64,000 nucleotides of DNA. It comes from an uncultured Chitinophagales bacterium. GTDB taxonomy: Bacteria > Bacteroidota > Rhodothermia > Balneolales > DATFMH01. The translations under genes were made by a program, and so were the position numbers. The number at the start of each line of letters is the position of its first letter. Positions within the stretch are counted from its first letter, which is position 1. The stretch covers positions 7,684 through 71,683 of the forward strand of contig CAZNHE010000002.1 in the NCBI GenBank assembly GCA_964572735.1. The letters are read 5' to 3'. Positions 36,686 through 47,582 of the stretch are shown in pieces. The notes under the pieces were generated by a model. That model saw only the letters and a program-made list of their open reading frames with translations. It was not told where the DNA came from and searched no databases.

Positions 36686-37825
36686 ATGCGTATCATATCG
36701 ATTGAATTATCACATTTCAGGAATCACGTTTCCACCAGCCTTGAATGGGCCCGGCATTTGAACATCATCACCGGCCCGAACGGAGCGGGCAAAAGCAGCC
36801 TTATCGATGCGATTCACTATTTATGTATGAGCCGCAGCTTCGTCGCCAACAGTGATCAGTACGTGGTAAATCGGGATGCCGCCTCTTTTTTGATCAGAGG
36901 AACATTTGAGGGACAAATCAGGTCCGGTTTTGCCATCACCTGTACGTATTCCCGGGGTGAAGGGAAGAAAATCTACGTAAACGAGAGCCCGCTTGAACGT
37001 CTTTCGGATCTGATCGGGGTGGTTCCCGTAGTCCTGCTGAGCCCGGAAGACAAAAAATTGACCAGCGAAGGTCCGGCCGAGCGTCGTTCATTCCTGGACG
37101 CCCTCATCAGCCAGATTTCCAAATCGTATCTGCGGGACCTGATCGAATACCGGCGCGTGCTTAGACAGCGAAACCGGTTGCTGTCGGCCTATGACGACGG
37201 CCATCTGCCCGCCACGCTCCTGGAGCCCTGGGATGTTCAGCTCGTAGAGGCCGGGTCGCACATCATTGCCATGCGCACACGGATCCTCAACGATTATCGC
37301 AGGTATCTGCGGGAGGCTTACCACAAGATGTCGGGCATAGACCTGATTCCCGATTTCGAGTATAAAACGTTCTGCGAACCCTCTGCGGAAATAGAAACAA
37401 TCCGTGAACAATTCAGCCGGGCACTGGCTCATCAGTCCGAAAAAGAAAGGGAATTGCGCTATACGGTAACGGGTCCGCATCGTGACGACCTGATCTTCAC
37501 GCTGGATGGTATGGAACTTCGCAAATTCGGCTCTCAGGGGCAGCACCGGCTTTTTGCATTGTCTCTCAAACTGGCTCAGTTATCCTTCTTCACGGAATAT
37601 CTGGATGATCTTCCCATTTTGCTGCTCGACGATGTATTTGGCGATCTTGATCCGCATAAAATCGAAATACTGCTCGACACACTGGCGTTACACGAAGGAC
37701 AAACGTTCATCACGGCGGCCAACCCGGTGCCGTTTGATGAGCATATCTCTTTTATAGATGATCGTAACCGGCGATACCAATTGAATGCGGGACGTGTGAC
37801 TTTGCCGGCAGACGGAAAGGAATGA
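36686..37825 (+). CDS. recF: DNA replication and repair protein RecF
   Basis: MRIISIELSHFRNH...ITGPNGAGKSSLIDAI...FGSQGQHRLFALSLKLA...LLLDDVFGDLD. Confidence 0.93.
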   Translation: MRIISIELSHFRNHVSTSLEWARHLNIITGPNGAGKSSLIDAIHYLCMSRSFVANSDQYVVNRDAASFLIRGTFEGQIRSGFAITCTYSRGEGKKIYVNESPLERLSDLIGVVPVVLLSPEDKKLTSEGPAERRSFLDALISQISKSYLRDLIEYRRVLRQRNRLLSAYDDGHLPATLLEPWDVQLVEAGSHIIAMRTRILNDYRRYLREAYHKMSGIDLIPDFEYKTFCEPSAEIETIREQFSRALAHQSEKERELRYTVTGPHRDDLIFTLDGMELRKFGSQGQHRLFALSLKLAQLSFFTEYLDDLPILLLDDVFGDLDPHKIEILLDTLALHEGQTFITAANPVPFDEHISFIDDRNRRYQLNAGRVTLPADGKE

Positions 37826-37828
37826 AGT

Positions 37829-38128
37829 ATGGCTTTTTATCGAAAACAGCCGAAGCCGCTGGGAAAACTGGTCAATGATTTTATGGAGCACTCTCCCTAC
37901 CGCAGACAATTCCGGAAGGGACGGATTTTATCGCTCTGGCCGGAGATCGCCGGCGATGCCGTTGCACGTCACTGCAGAAACCCCCACTTCGACGGCGACC
38001 GTTTTATTGTGCATATCGGTCATCCGGGCTGGCGCCAGGAGGTGCATATGCAGCGCTTTTCAATCATGAAAAGGCTGAACCAGGCGGTAGGGGAGGATAT
38101 TATTTCGGAGATTATCATCCGTGCGTAA
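37829..38128 (+). CDS. DUF721 (DciA-like) protein
   Basis: 99 aa directly after recF. LGKLVNDFM...ILSLWPEIAGDAVARH...DRFIVHIGHPGWRQEVHMQRFSIMKRLN matches the DUF721 pattern. Confidence 0.7.
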   Translation: MAFYRKQPKPLGKLVNDFMEHSPYRRQFRKGRILSLWPEIAGDAVARHCRNPHFDGDRFIVHIGHPGWRQEVHMQRFSIMKRLNQAVGEDIISEIIIRA

Positions 38129-38208
38129 TCCCGGTTTGACAATCGAGGTATGCCAGACATATATTGTCTCAAATTTACCTGAAATACAGGGATTCGCATG
38201 CAATTTAT

Positions 38209-39210
38209 ATGAATAAAGAAACCTGGTCGGCCTACTTCAGGAATCTGTGGGCAAATATTCGCGGAAACGTTTTGGATGATGAGGGCGGCGGCTTTTTCAG
38301 GCGTGAAAAAGTCATTGTGTTTATGTTTTCCTTCGGGATTGCGCTGATCCTTTGGTTCCTTGTGAATCTGAGCCGGCCGTTTAACCTGACTATCACCCTT
38401 CCGGTTGACCTGGAATCTGTTCCGCCCGGAAAGGCGCTCGCCGAGGATGTCCCCCACCAGGTAACGGTAAATGTGAATGGGGAAGGATGGAAATTGCTTC
38501 GTATTTACAGCAATCCTCCCCGCATCAAGCTTCATCCCGTTGCCGGCACCATGAACTTTTATGACGACGTCCGTGGACAATTGAATATGTTTGCGGGAAT
38601 CGAGGTGGCCAAGGTAATGCCGGCCACGATAGACATAAAGCTGGAAAAAAAGATCACCAAAAAAATTCCGGTCGTCGCCAATGTCCTGGTGAAGACCGAC
38701 GCCCAATATGAAATGGTAGGCTGGCCCGTGATCATCCCCGACAGTGTGGAAATCTCAGGGGCTCCTTCCGTACTGGCAAAAATCAATAACTGGCCTACGG
38801 CCTATAAAGAGATCAAGGGCGCCGATTCCGATATCAATGCGCAGTTATCTTTGATAAGACCGGATCAGATTATTACGCTTGCCCCCCGGCAGGTTGTCTA
38901 TCGTGCGAAGATACGGGAATATACCGGAGATGAAGTAAGCATAAGCATTCAGACGGATGATCTTCCCGACGGACAGGGTGTTTCCTATAGCCCTCCTACA
39001 CTCCTCATTCACTTTGGAATACCTATTGACGAATACGAAAGTGCTCAAAAGACGGATATATTTCGCGCTTATGTGCCGTACGGGGATATACTTAAAGATA
39101 CTACAGGTTTCGTAGCCCCATTGATTGCTATTGAAACGGACAGTTTGCATGTGCGGATACGTTCTTACCAGCCGCACCGGGTGAGATATTTTACGACAAA
39201 GCGGAAGTGA
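38209..39210 (+). CDS. YbbR-like domain-containing membrane-anchored protein
   Basis: N-terminal TM helix VIVFMFSFGIALILWFLV. Repeated units of the type P..V.ISGAPSVLAKINNWPT...IKGADSDI. Confidence 0.55.
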   Translation: MNKETWSAYFRNLWANIRGNVLDDEGGGFFRREKVIVFMFSFGIALILWFLVNLSRPFNLTITLPVDLESVPPGKALAEDVPHQVTVNVNGEGWKLLRIYSNPPRIKLHPVAGTMNFYDDVRGQLNMFAGIEVAKVMPATIDIKLEKKITKKIPVVANVLVKTDAQYEMVGWPVIIPDSVEISGAPSVLAKINNWPTAYKEIKGADSDINAQLSLIRPDQIITLAPRQVVYRAKIREYTGDEVSISIQTDDLPDGQGVSYSPPTLLIHFGIPIDEYESAQKTDIFRAYVPYGDILKDTTGFVAPLIAIETDSLHVRIRSYQPHRVRYFTTKRK

Positions 39211-39272
39211 ATAGAAAGTGTCCGACAATCCCTTGCATCATCGGTCCCTTGTCCGTCCGACCATTTCATCCG

Positions 39273-40511
39273 TCATTCTGTTTCCAGGTTCTCCAGCTCC
39301 TGTAAAGCTTCTTCTATGGGACGGCTGTCTTCAAACCATGAAGTGATCTTCAGGAGCACTTCGTCCACCAGGGCATCGGGGCAGGAGGCGCCGGAGGTCA
39401 GCGCGATTGTAACAGGCTGGGGTTGCGGGAGCCAGTCCCGCGTTTCCTTCATCTCGTTTTCCCATTGATCAAAATGCCGGATAGATTCGGGCCCCCTTAG
39501 TTCGACGGCATCCCGGACGTGATAAGTCGGGTACTTCTGTTCCAGCAATTCAACAATATGCATTGTATTAGAAGAATTATATCCCCCGACTACCAACGCC
39601 AGATCCGCCCCGGCCCCCATCAGGGCATAGGTAGCCGACTGGTTTTCATTTGTGGCGTAACAGAGCGTGTCCGACGTGTCTGCAAAATGCTGATCGACCT
39701 GTTCGGCGCCGTATTTCTCCATTGCGGCATTTTTAAGTACCGACATAATTTCAGCGGTCTCCGTGGCAAGCATCGTGGTTTGGTTGATCACGCCAAAATG
39801 ATGCAGATCCCGGCGCGGGTCGAACTCTTTTGTGCATTTTTTCCCGAAATGATGATCAAATTCATCAACAGGGCGTTTCTCCAGCATGAAATCGGCCAGG
39901 AGCTCTGCCTCTTCAACCGTCAGCACGACTACTACCGGTCCGTAACGGGCACTATGACTGAACGTAGCGCGGGTTTCTTCATGCTGATATTTGCCGTGGA
40001 TGACGATCGAATAGCCCCTGGAACCGAGCTGGTTGCCCCGCTTCCACACTTTCTCGACGAATGGGCACGTGGTATCATATGAATAGGGATCGATGCCATG
40101 ACTCTTTAGTCTTTCCTGTATCTCCAGAGTGGTGCCAAAGGCAGGTACCATCACAATATCGTCTTTCGTCAATTCATCGAGAGAGATTCTCGGGGTGCCG
40201 TCTGTTTCGAACAGGAACCGGACGCCACGCCTGACCAGGTCGGCATTGACATTCGGATTGTGGATCATCTCGCTGAGCAGGAAAACACGTTGATCCGGAT
40301 GTGCTTCGATGGTGCGGTAGGCGATGTCAATGGCATTCTGGACTCCATAACAAAAGCCAAAATGACGCGGGATAAGAAAACGAACAGGACCCAGATCCAG
40401 CAGGATGGGAGTCAGGTCTTTTTTTCTGGGGTCCAAAATCTGGTGGCGATCTTTGATCCGCCGGATGACCGGAGATTTATACAGATCGGGAATATTAAAT
40501 TGCTTTGCCAT
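39273..40511 (-). CDS. ispH: 4-hydroxy-3-methylbut-2-enyl diphosphate reductase (long form)
   Basis: 412 aa. HFGFCYGVQNAIDIAY, TTCPFVEKVW and VVGGYNSSNTMHIVE motifs. Confidence 0.9.
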   Translation of the reverse strand: MAKQFNIPDLYKSPVIRRIKDRHQILDPRKKDLTPILLDLGPVRFLIPRHFGFCYGVQNAIDIAYRTIEAHPDQRVFLLSEMIHNPNVNADLVRRGVRFLFETDGTPRISLDELTKDDIVMVPAFGTTLEIQERLKSHGIDPYSYDTTCPFVEKVWKRGNQLGSRGYSIVIHGKYQHEETRATFSHSARYGPVVVVLTVEEAELLADFMLEKRPVDEFDHHFGKKCTKEFDPRRDLHHFGVINQTTMLATETAEIMSVLKNAAMEKYGAEQVDQHFADTSDTLCYATNENQSATYALMGAGADLALVVGGYNSSNTMHIVELLEQKYPTYHVRDAVELRGPESIRHFDQWENEMKETRDWLPQPQPVTIALTSGASCPDALVDEVLLKITSWFEDSRPIEEALQELENLETE

Positions 40512-40642
40512 GATGTAGCCAAGATCGCAACGAAAAATGAATTTTGAGGGAATCTTATATGAAATTCTTTTTCAGAATGCGGCAGCCGGGAAGATCGGGA
40601 TCTCGACATTGCCGGCTTCATAACGTTCAGAGGGGCCGGCAA

Positions 40643-43600
40643 TTATCCGGCAGGGACGTCGTCCATGCGAACTCCTACCAGACGGCTGATGCCCGGCTCG
40701 GGCATGGTCACCCCGTAGAGCATTTCCGCCTTTTCCATCATTTTTTTGTTGTGGGTGATAATAATGAACTGTGTGTCGTCGATGAAGCGGCGAAGCATCT
40801 TCACAAATCGCTCTACGTTCGAATCGTCAAGAGGAGCGTCTACCTCATCCAAGATACAAAACGGGGACGGTTTTACCAGGTAAATGGCGAAAAGAAGTGC
40901 GATAGCCGTGATGGTCTTCTCACCGGTCGACAACTGGGAAATGGTGCTCGGGCGCTTCCCCCGGGGGTTGGCAATGATCTCGATGTGCGACTCCAGCGGG
41001 TCCTCCGGATTCTCATCAATGCGGAGGTCACATTGATCATTCTCGTCGAAGAGGGTACCGAAAATCGACTTAAAGTTGGTCCGGATTTGCTCAAAGGTCG
41101 TAGAAAACCGTTCCAGGGCGGTTTCATTGATTTCCTCAATCGTTTCCTGAAGTTTTTTGCCTGCGTCCGTTAGATCATTGATCTGCTGCTCATAAAAATC
41201 CAGGCGTTCCTTCTCCTTTTCGTATTCCTCGATGGCCAGAGGATTGACCTCCCCGATGTTTTTCAGCTTCTGCTTCAGATAGGAAATCCTTTCCCGGACT
41301 TCTTCGGGGGAAGTTTCGTCAGGCAGCGTTTCCGTGAGGTTTTCCATCAGTATGTTATAGCTTTCCCAGATATGGTCGGCAATACTCTTCGACTCCATAT
41401 CCAGTTGTGATTTGGCTATATCCAGCTGGTGCAGCAGTTCGATAGCTATCTCCCGTTTGCGACGACAGCTTTTGGTATCCTCCTCAATCTGATGGATGCG
41501 GCCGCGATGGCGGGCACAATCTTTATCGGCTTCGCGTAACAGGAGGTCGACATTCCCCTTTTCTTCCTGCTGTTCCCCGAGTTTCACTTCCAGTTCTTCA
41601 ATAGTGCTTCGGTAACCGATAATCCGGTCTTTGCTCCGGCGGGCGTTTTCAGAACGTTGTGTAAGACGTTCCTTGATGGCGGCGATAGATTGTTCGGCCC
41701 GTTCCTTATCCTTTTCCAGATTGAGGACTTCGTTCCCGGCCGCCTGATATTTAAGTTTGATATCATTATACAGCGAGCGGGCCTTATCCTGATTCTCTTC
41801 AATCTTGTTAAGCTGGCTGCGGCGGGTCATTTGCTCGCGGAGCAGCTTTTTTACTTTCTTCGATTCCTGCTCAATTAGCGGATCGAGTTCTTTCCGGGAA
41901 GTTTCTTCCTCATGAACAGCAAGACTCAGCCGCCTGATCCGTTCCTCGACTTCTGCTCTGTTCTTCTCATAAACCGACTGGCGGGCGGTGAGGGAACTCT
42001 GCCGGGACTCGAGCTTGCGCAACAGGTGCTCCGCTTCCCGCACCTGACGTGCCGCTTCTTGTGTATCGAGCTGTTCCTGCTGGCGCTGTGCGGCCTGCAA
42101 TTCCCGCTCCAGTTTTTCTATATCCCGCTCACAAGTCAATACCTTACGTTCGAGCTTCTCAATGCGGTCTTTGAGTCCCACACGCAGGCCTGTATTCCGG
42201 CTTCGGCTCCCGCCCCGGAGGAAGAACCGGGAGGTGATTACCTCTCCTTCGTATGTGACCCCCACGCTGCCCTTTTTCTGCCGGACTTCCTTCTCGGCTT
42301 CGTCAATCGAGTTATAGACGAAAACGTGCCCCAGCAGGAGTGCCCTGACAGGAGAATATTTTGGGGAGCAATGAACTTTTTCGCAAAGAGAACCGGGCAT
42401 GACGTCATAAGAATCACTTAGCTGATCCAGCGGGATGAATGTGGCTTTGCCCTTGTCGTTGTCCCGGAGTCGCCCTGCGGCCTCTTTTACCTTATCGATG
42501 GTGTCGACGATAAGATAATGGCAGGCTTCACCCAATACCGATTCCAATGCAACGGCGTGTTGTTCATCAGTGGAGAGGATGTCGGAGAGTACCTGAAACC
42601 GGTCGTCCTCGCTTTCATCCATCAGATATTTGACACTGCCGGGGAATGCTTCGTGGGATTTTGCGATGTTTTCAAGCAGAGCCATCTCTGATTGAGCGGC
42701 ATCCAGGCGGCTTTGTGCGGCACGGATCTTGTCTTTGAGCTCGTTTTGGCTGGCTGAAAGTTTTTCCCTTTGACTGGTCCGGTCTTCCAGTTGCCGGGTG
42801 AATGTCTCCAGCCGGCGGCCGGCGTCGTGGAGTTCCTGTTGTAATTGTGCTTCCTGGGCTTTCAGTGAGTCAACATTCTGCCGGATTTGTTCGATTTGCT
42901 GCTGAAGGCGTTCTCCGTCTTCACTGCTGTTCTCCAGCCGGGATTCAATACGGATTTTCCGGGTCTGCAGGTGATTAAGTTGTTGTGTATTCTCGTTGTA
43001 GCTGTGGGTGACATTATCCAGGGCATTGCGGGCTTCACTCAGGCGTTCCTGCTGTGCATTGAGCTCGCCGGCTGCCTGGTCGAGCTCTGCCCTGACGACA
43101 CCCTGCTTCGCCTCTTTTTCTTCAAGTTGCGCTTCACTTTTCCGAATAGTCTTCCGCAGTTCTTTTATATCATCCTCAGACTGATAAATATCCTGTTCAT
43201 ACTGCCGGATTGCCTGTTCTTCATTTTTGATTTTTTCATGGGTGATCCGAAGCGAGGTTTCGGTCTCGCGAATGGCGTTTTGCAGACTCAATTGCTTTTG
43301 CTGGACCTCCGAAAGTTTTTGCTCCTTCCCACGCAGTTCCGTACGCGCCTCCTGCTCCAGTTGTTCCAGCTGCTCCAGTTTCCGGCCGAGGTCCTCTTTA
43401 TCGGATTCCGCATTGACAATTTGTTCCATGAGCGGAGTGAGCTTTGCGGCAATGGCTTCATATTCCCGGCGGGCAAGGCCCTGTTCCAGTTTGCTCAGTT
43501 CGGCATTATATTCTTTGGCGCTTTGTGCACGCGTGGCCTGGAGCTGCAGAGAGCGGGTATTTTTCCGGATTTCAACAAGGATGTCATCAACCCGCTGAAG

Positions 43601-44161
43601 GTCGTCCTGGGTTTCTTTGAGCTTGCGGAAAGTCTGTTTACGCCGCTCTTTATATTTCGTGATTCCAGCGGCTTCTTCAAACAGGACGGTCCGTTCATTG
43701 TTCTTGTCGTTAAGAATATCCTCGACCATCTTCAGTTCGATCACCGAATAAGAGTTGGCACCCATGCCGGTATCCATAAACAATTCGATGATGTCTTTCA
43801 GACGGCAGGCCGTGTTGTTGAGCAGATATTCGCTTTCTCCGGAACGGTAAAGCCGGCGCGTGATTTTGACTTCCTTAAATTCGGTAGGCAGAATGCCTTT
43901 ATTGTTTTCAATGGTGACCGAAACCTCCGACAGACCCAGTGCTTTTTTAAGGGCCGTACCGTTGAAAATCACGTTCGACATCGATGCCGAACGCAGGTGA
44001 GAGGGGCGCTGTTCGCCAAGTACCCAGCGGATGGCATCTACGATATTCGACTTTCCGCAGCCGTTAGGTCCGACGATAGCCGTCAGACCGCTGTCGAATT
44101 TGACGTGGGTCTTATTGGCGAAACTTTTAAAGCCTTGAAGTTCGAGTTCGGATAAATACAA
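40643..44161 (-). CDS. smc: Chromosome condensation/segregation ATPase SMC
   Basis: 1172 aa. FKSFANKT...GPNGCGKSNIVDAIRWVLG. Long coiled coils and a hinge. LSTGEKTITAIALLFA and ILDEVDAPLD. Confidence 0.97.
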   Translation of the reverse strand: MYLSELELQGFKSFANKTHVKFDSGLTAIVGPNGCGKSNIVDAIRWVLGEQRPSHLRSASMSNVIFNGTALKKALGLSEVSVTIENNKGILPTEFKEVKITRRLYRSGESEYLLNNTACRLKDIIELFMDTGMGANSYSVIELKMVEDILNDKNNERTVLFEEAAGITKYKERRKQTFRKLKETQDDLQRVDDILVEIRKNTRSLQLQATRAQSAKEYNAELSKLEQGLARREYEAIAAKLTPLMEQIVNAESDKEDLGRKLEQLEQLEQEARTELRGKEQKLSEVQQKQLSLQNAIRETETSLRITHEKIKNEEQAIRQYEQDIYQSEDDIKELRKTIRKSEAQLEEKEAKQGVVRAELDQAAGELNAQQERLSEARNALDNVTHSYNENTQQLNHLQTRKIRIESRLENSSEDGERLQQQIEQIRQNVDSLKAQEAQLQQELHDAGRRLETFTRQLEDRTSQREKLSASQNELKDKIRAAQSRLDAAQSEMALLENIAKSHEAFPGSVKYLMDESEDDRFQVLSDILSTDEQHAVALESVLGEACHYLIVDTIDKVKEAAGRLRDNDKGKATFIPLDQLSDSYDVMPGSLCEKVHCSPKYSPVRALLLGHVFVYNSIDEAEKEVRQKKGSVGVTYEGEVITSRFFLRGGSRSRNTGLRVGLKDRIEKLERKVLTCERDIEKLERELQAAQRQQEQLDTQEAARQVREAEHLLRKLESRQSSLTARQSVYEKNRAEVEERIRRLSLAVHEEETSRKELDPLIEQESKKVKKLLREQMTRRSQLNKIEENQDKARSLYNDIKLKYQAAGNEVLNLEKDKERAEQSIAAIKERLTQRSENARRSKDRIIGYRSTIEELEVKLGEQQEEKGNVDLLLREADKDCARHRGRIHQIEEDTKSCRRKREIAIELLHQLDIAKSQLDMESKSIADHIWESYNILMENLTETLPDETSPEEVRERISYLKQKLKNIGEVNPLAIEEYEKEKERLDFYEQQINDLTDAGKKLQETIEEINETALERFSTTFEQIRTNFKSIFGTLFDENDQCDLRIDENPEDPLESHIEIIANPRGKRPSTISQLSTGEKTITAIALLFAIYLVKPSPFCILDEVDAPLDDSNVERFVKMLRRFIDDTQFIIITHNKKMMEKAEMLYGVTMPEPGISRLVGVRMDDVPAG

Positions 44162-44256
44162 GGGAGATGCGTATAGTTACATGGAGGGAAAGACCCGGCC
44201 CCTGTTTTCAATATCCGAAAGCAGATAACCGCTTCTCATTTAAAACTAAAATCACG

Positions 44257-44823
44257 TCAGACTGTTAAAATTTCTTTCTCTTTATGAGCAAGAAGTTCAT
44301 CGGCACGTTTAATGTATTCATTGGTCAGTTGTTGTATTTCCTCTTCCGTGTCGTACAGGGCATCTTCCGATAATGAATCGTCTTTCACCTTTTTCTTGAT
44401 CCGGTCGTTGGTCTCCCGGCGGGCGTTGCGGATGCTGATGCGGCTTCTTTCAGTTACCTCATGTGCCATTTTTACCAGTTCCTTGCGGCGTTCCCCTGAT
44501 GGAACCGGCAGAGGTATCCGGATGAGAGTACCGTCGTTGTTGGGGTTTAGTCCAAGGTTGGCCGCCTGGATAGCTTTTTCGATATCCTGGATGGTTGATT
44601 TATCATAAGGTTGTACCACCAGCATGTGTGTTTCGGGGGCCGTGACGTTGGCCAGTTGGTTCAAAGCGGCCTGAGTGCCGTAGTAATCCACTTTTATGCC
44701 GTCGAGAAGGGACGGGGTGGCCCGGCCGGCCCTGATATGAGAAAACTCGCGTTTCAGGAAATCAATGGCATCCTCCATTTCATCCTTTGCCGCATCATAT
44801 AAAGGTTTTAATTCGGGAATCAT
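44257..44823 (-). CDS. frr: Ribosome recycling factor
   Basis: FLKREFSHIRAGRATPSLLDGIKVDYYG...IRNARRE. Start at the internal ATG 44823. Confidence 0.95.
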   Translation of the reverse strand: MIPELKPLYDAAKDEMEDAIDFLKREFSHIRAGRATPSLLDGIKVDYYGTQAALNQLANVTAPETHMLVVQPYDKSTIQDIEKAIQAANLGLNPNNDGTLIRIPLPVPSGERRKELVKMAHEVTERSRISIRNARRETNDRIKKKVKDDSLSEDALYDTEEEIQQLTNEYIKRADELLAHKEKEILTV

Positions 44824-44948
44824 GATCCTAAGAATATGTTGTTTTATGTCTGACCAGTTAGAATGTGAAATAACACGCTGCAAAATAGCAGAATCAGGAG
44901 AGGAATTAAATAAATATCCCGAAGAGTGTTAACAAAAGACGGATTTGG

Positions 44949-45662
44949 TCATTTCCAGACTACGGTTGATCCGACGGGCTCTTTACGCACGACCCGGATC
45001 AGATTACCGGGGGTATTCATATTAAAGACGATGATGGGAGTCTGATTGTCCCGGCACAGGGTGAAAGCCGTCAGATCCATCACCGAGAGCCGGCGTTGCA
45101 GGATTTCCTCTCCGTTGATCACATCAAATTTCTCTGCATCGGGATTTTTCTCCGGGTCGGAATCGAACACCCCGTCCACCCGGGTACCCTTGATAATGAC
45201 ATCGGCTTCGATTTCAATGGCACGCAGAGAAGCGGCCGTGTCCGTGGTGAAATAGGGGTTGCCGGTGCCGGCGCCGAAGATCACAACCCGTCCCTTTTCA
45301 AGGTGCCGGATAGCGCGTCTGCGGATATACGGTTCGGCGATTTGTTCCATGCGGATAGCCGACATCAGCCGTGTCTGCACGTTTTTACGTTCCAGCGCGT
45401 CCTGCAGGGCCATACTGTTGATCATGGTAGCCAGCATCCCCATGTAGTCGCCCTGCACCCGGTCCATTCCGGCGGTGGCGCCTTTTACTCCACGAAAAAT
45501 ATTCCCTCCGCCGATAACAATAGCTATTTCGATGCCCGCATCATGAACAGTTTTGATTTCCTCGGAATATCGCGCAAGCACTTCACTATCGATACCATGC
45601 CCCTGCCTGCCCAGGAGTGCTTCCCCGCTTACTTTCAATAAAATGCGTTTATAATCTCCCAC
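44949..45662 (-). CDS. pyrH: UMP kinase
   Basis: 237 aa. [41 protein letters not shown] start. Confidence 0.96.
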   Translation of the reverse strand: MGDYKRILLKVSGEALLGRQGHGIDSEVLARYSEEIKTVHDAGIEIAIVIGGGNIFRGVKGATAGMDRVQGDYMGMLATMINSMALQDALERKNVQTRLMSAIRMEQIAEPYIRRRAIRHLEKGRVVIFGAGTGNPYFTTDTAASLRAIEIEADVIIKGTRVDGVFDSDPEKNPDAEKFDVINGEEILQRRLSVMDLTAFTLCRDNQTPIIVFNMNTPGNLIRVVRKEPVGSTVVWK

Positions 45663-45761
45663 CGTGTATAATTGTTGATTATGGATTACATAGAGATATT
45701 CATGAAGAAAATGGACCTTTATGCAGATGAAAAAGACGCACGCGCAACGGGTTAACCTTAC

Positions 45762-45793
45762 AAAAAAAGGCTATCCCAAGGTAGCCTTTTTTT
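45762..45793 (-). terminator. Rho-independent terminator after tsf
   Basis: AAAAAAAGGCTA/TAGCCTTTTTTT stem with an 8-nt loop. On the minus strand the hairpin is followed by a T-run. Confidence 0.7.
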
Positions 45794-45811
45794 CATAAAT
45801 GAGGAACAAAC

Positions 45812-46642
45812 TTAAGCGGACTCGCCCAATTGCAGCCGATAAAACGATTTAATATCGGGCGCCTTGTTGTTCTTCAGATAATCAAGGACCGATATGTTAC
45901 TGTCTTTTACAAATTTCTGGTTAAGCAGCACCCGTTCCTCATAGAAACGCCGCAGCTTCCCTTTGGCTGCCTTTTCAGCGATTTCTTCGGGTTTCCCCTC
46001 GTTGATCAATTGTTCCCTGGCGATTTCGATTTCCTTATTGATCATATCGTCAGGCACTTCTTCCTGGCGAACGGCAATCGGGTTCATCGCTGCAACCTGC
46101 ATGGCAACATCCTTGCCGATTGTCTCGTCCACGCCATTGGCGAAGTCGACGAGTACCGCAAGCTGGCTTCCCGGATGGATATAAGAGACGATAGACCCCT
46201 CTGTCCGGATCAGTTCCAATCGGCTGATTTCAATTTTCTCACCGATTTTACTTACCAGGTCTTTCAGATGGTCTTCAATCGTCTTGCCATTTAATGTCTG
46301 TTCCTTCAGGACATCAGGATCGGATATCTCCTTATCAAAAGCGACTTTGGCGAAATCGTTGGCGGCCTGGACAAATTCGTCGTTGCGGGCCACAAAATCG
46401 GTTTCGCAATTCAGAGCCAGGGCAACAGCTTTAGTTCCGTCTTCTGAAATACAGGTGACAATAATTCCCTGGTTAGCCTCGCGATCGGCCCGTTTTTCAG
46501 ATACCTTTTGTCCTTTTTTGCGCAGGATTTCAACTGCGACATCCATATCACCGTTGGCTTCGGTAAGAGCTTTCTTACAATCCATCATACCGGCCCCGGT
46601 ACGGTCGCGAAGCTCTTTAACATCAGCTGCAGAAATACTCAT
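45812..46642 (-). CDS. tsf: Translation elongation factor Ts
   Basis: 276 aa. ISAADVKELRDRTGAGMMDCKKAL. Confidence 0.97.
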   Translation of the reverse strand: MSISAADVKELRDRTGAGMMDCKKALTEANGDMDVAVEILRKKGQKVSEKRADREANQGIIVTCISEDGTKAVALALNCETDFVARNDEFVQAANDFAKVAFDKEISDPDVLKEQTLNGKTIEDHLKDLVSKIGEKIEISRLELIRTEGSIVSYIHPGSQLAVLVDFANGVDETIGKDVAMQVAAMNPIAVRQEEVPDDMINKEIEIAREQLINEGKPEEIAEKAAKGKLRRFYEERVLLNQKFVKDSNISVLDYLKNNKAPDIKSFYRLQLGESA

Positions 46643-46700
46643 AGATACAATCTGTTAAGTAACAATTTTTTAATGAACTATAACACCTTTGGGGAGAAGC

Positions 46701-47582
46701 CTATTCTTCACTTTCACCCTTGCGGCTTCCTCTTTGACGCCGTCGTCGGGGAGCACGTTGGGGTTCTTCTTTTTTGACTCCTTCTTCCAGTTCTTCCAGT
46801 TCGGTCTCCGATTCGGAGTCTTCCCCATCGTCTTCGTCGGAAACTTCAACCTCATCGGCTGCTTCCTGGGCGAGCTGTTCTTCCTCGTAAGCCTCGCGTT
46901 CGGCAGCGCCCTCGATAATGGCATCGGCAATATTGGAGGAAATAAGTTGAATAGTGCGTGAGGCGTCGTCGTTGCACGGGATGATATAATCGGGGACATC
47001 CGGGTCGCAGTTGGTGTCGACCATGGCAAAGATCGGGATGTTGAGCTTGATCGCCTCGTTCATAGCGATACTTTCCTTCACGGTGTCAACCACAAAAATA
47101 GCTCCCGGAATACGACTCATCGTAGCGATACCGGCCAGAACTTTTTCGAGCTTTGCCTTCTCACGGTCAAGCATGAGCCGTTCTTTTTTTGTGATATTCT
47201 CGTAGGTGCCGTCTTTTTGCATCGTATCGATCTCTTCCATCCGGGCAATGCTCTTGCGCACGGTGGAAAAATTGGTGAGCATTCCGCCCAGCCATCGGTA
47301 AGTAACGTAAGGCATCCCGCAACGAAGTGCTTCGGCTTTGATGATTTCCTGGGCCTGCTTTTTTGTACCGACAAACAGGATTTTCTTCCCCGAACGTGCC
47401 ACACGGGTGATCGCTTCGAGACTTTCCTGCAGGTACTTGCGGGATTTGTTGAGGTCGATGATGTGGATCCCGTTACGCTGCATGAAGATGAATTCACGCA
47501 TTTTGGGGTTCCAGCGGCGGGTGAGGTGACCAAAATGGGCTCCGGCCCGCAGGAGTTCTTCTATACTGGCTGCTTCTGGCAT
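46701..47582 (-). CDS. rpsB: 30S ribosomal protein S2, with an acidic C-terminal extension
   Basis: 293 aa. [19 protein letters not shown]. The tail [35 protein letters not shown] lies beyond the conserved core. Confidence 0.96.
   Translation of the reverse strand: MPEAASIEELLRAGAHFGHLTRRWNPKMREFIFMQRNGIHIIDLNKSRKYLQESLEAITRVARSGKKILFVGTKKQAQEIIKAEALRCGMPYVTYRWLGGMLTNFSTVRKSIARMEEIDTMQKDGTYENITKKERLMLDREKAKLEKVLAGIATMSRIPGAIFVVDTVKESIAMNEAIKLNIPIFAMVDTNCDPDVPDYIIPCNDDASRTIQLISSNIADAIIEGAAEREAYEEEQLAQEAADEVEVSDEDDGEDSESETELEELEEGVKKEEPQRAPRRRRQRGSRKGESEE

Noticed and set aside
42887-44155. 422-aa ORF on the plus strand
   Set aside because: It is antisense to the smc coiled-coil region. The repetitive codon bias of coiled coils keeps the opposite frame open. 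No motifs.
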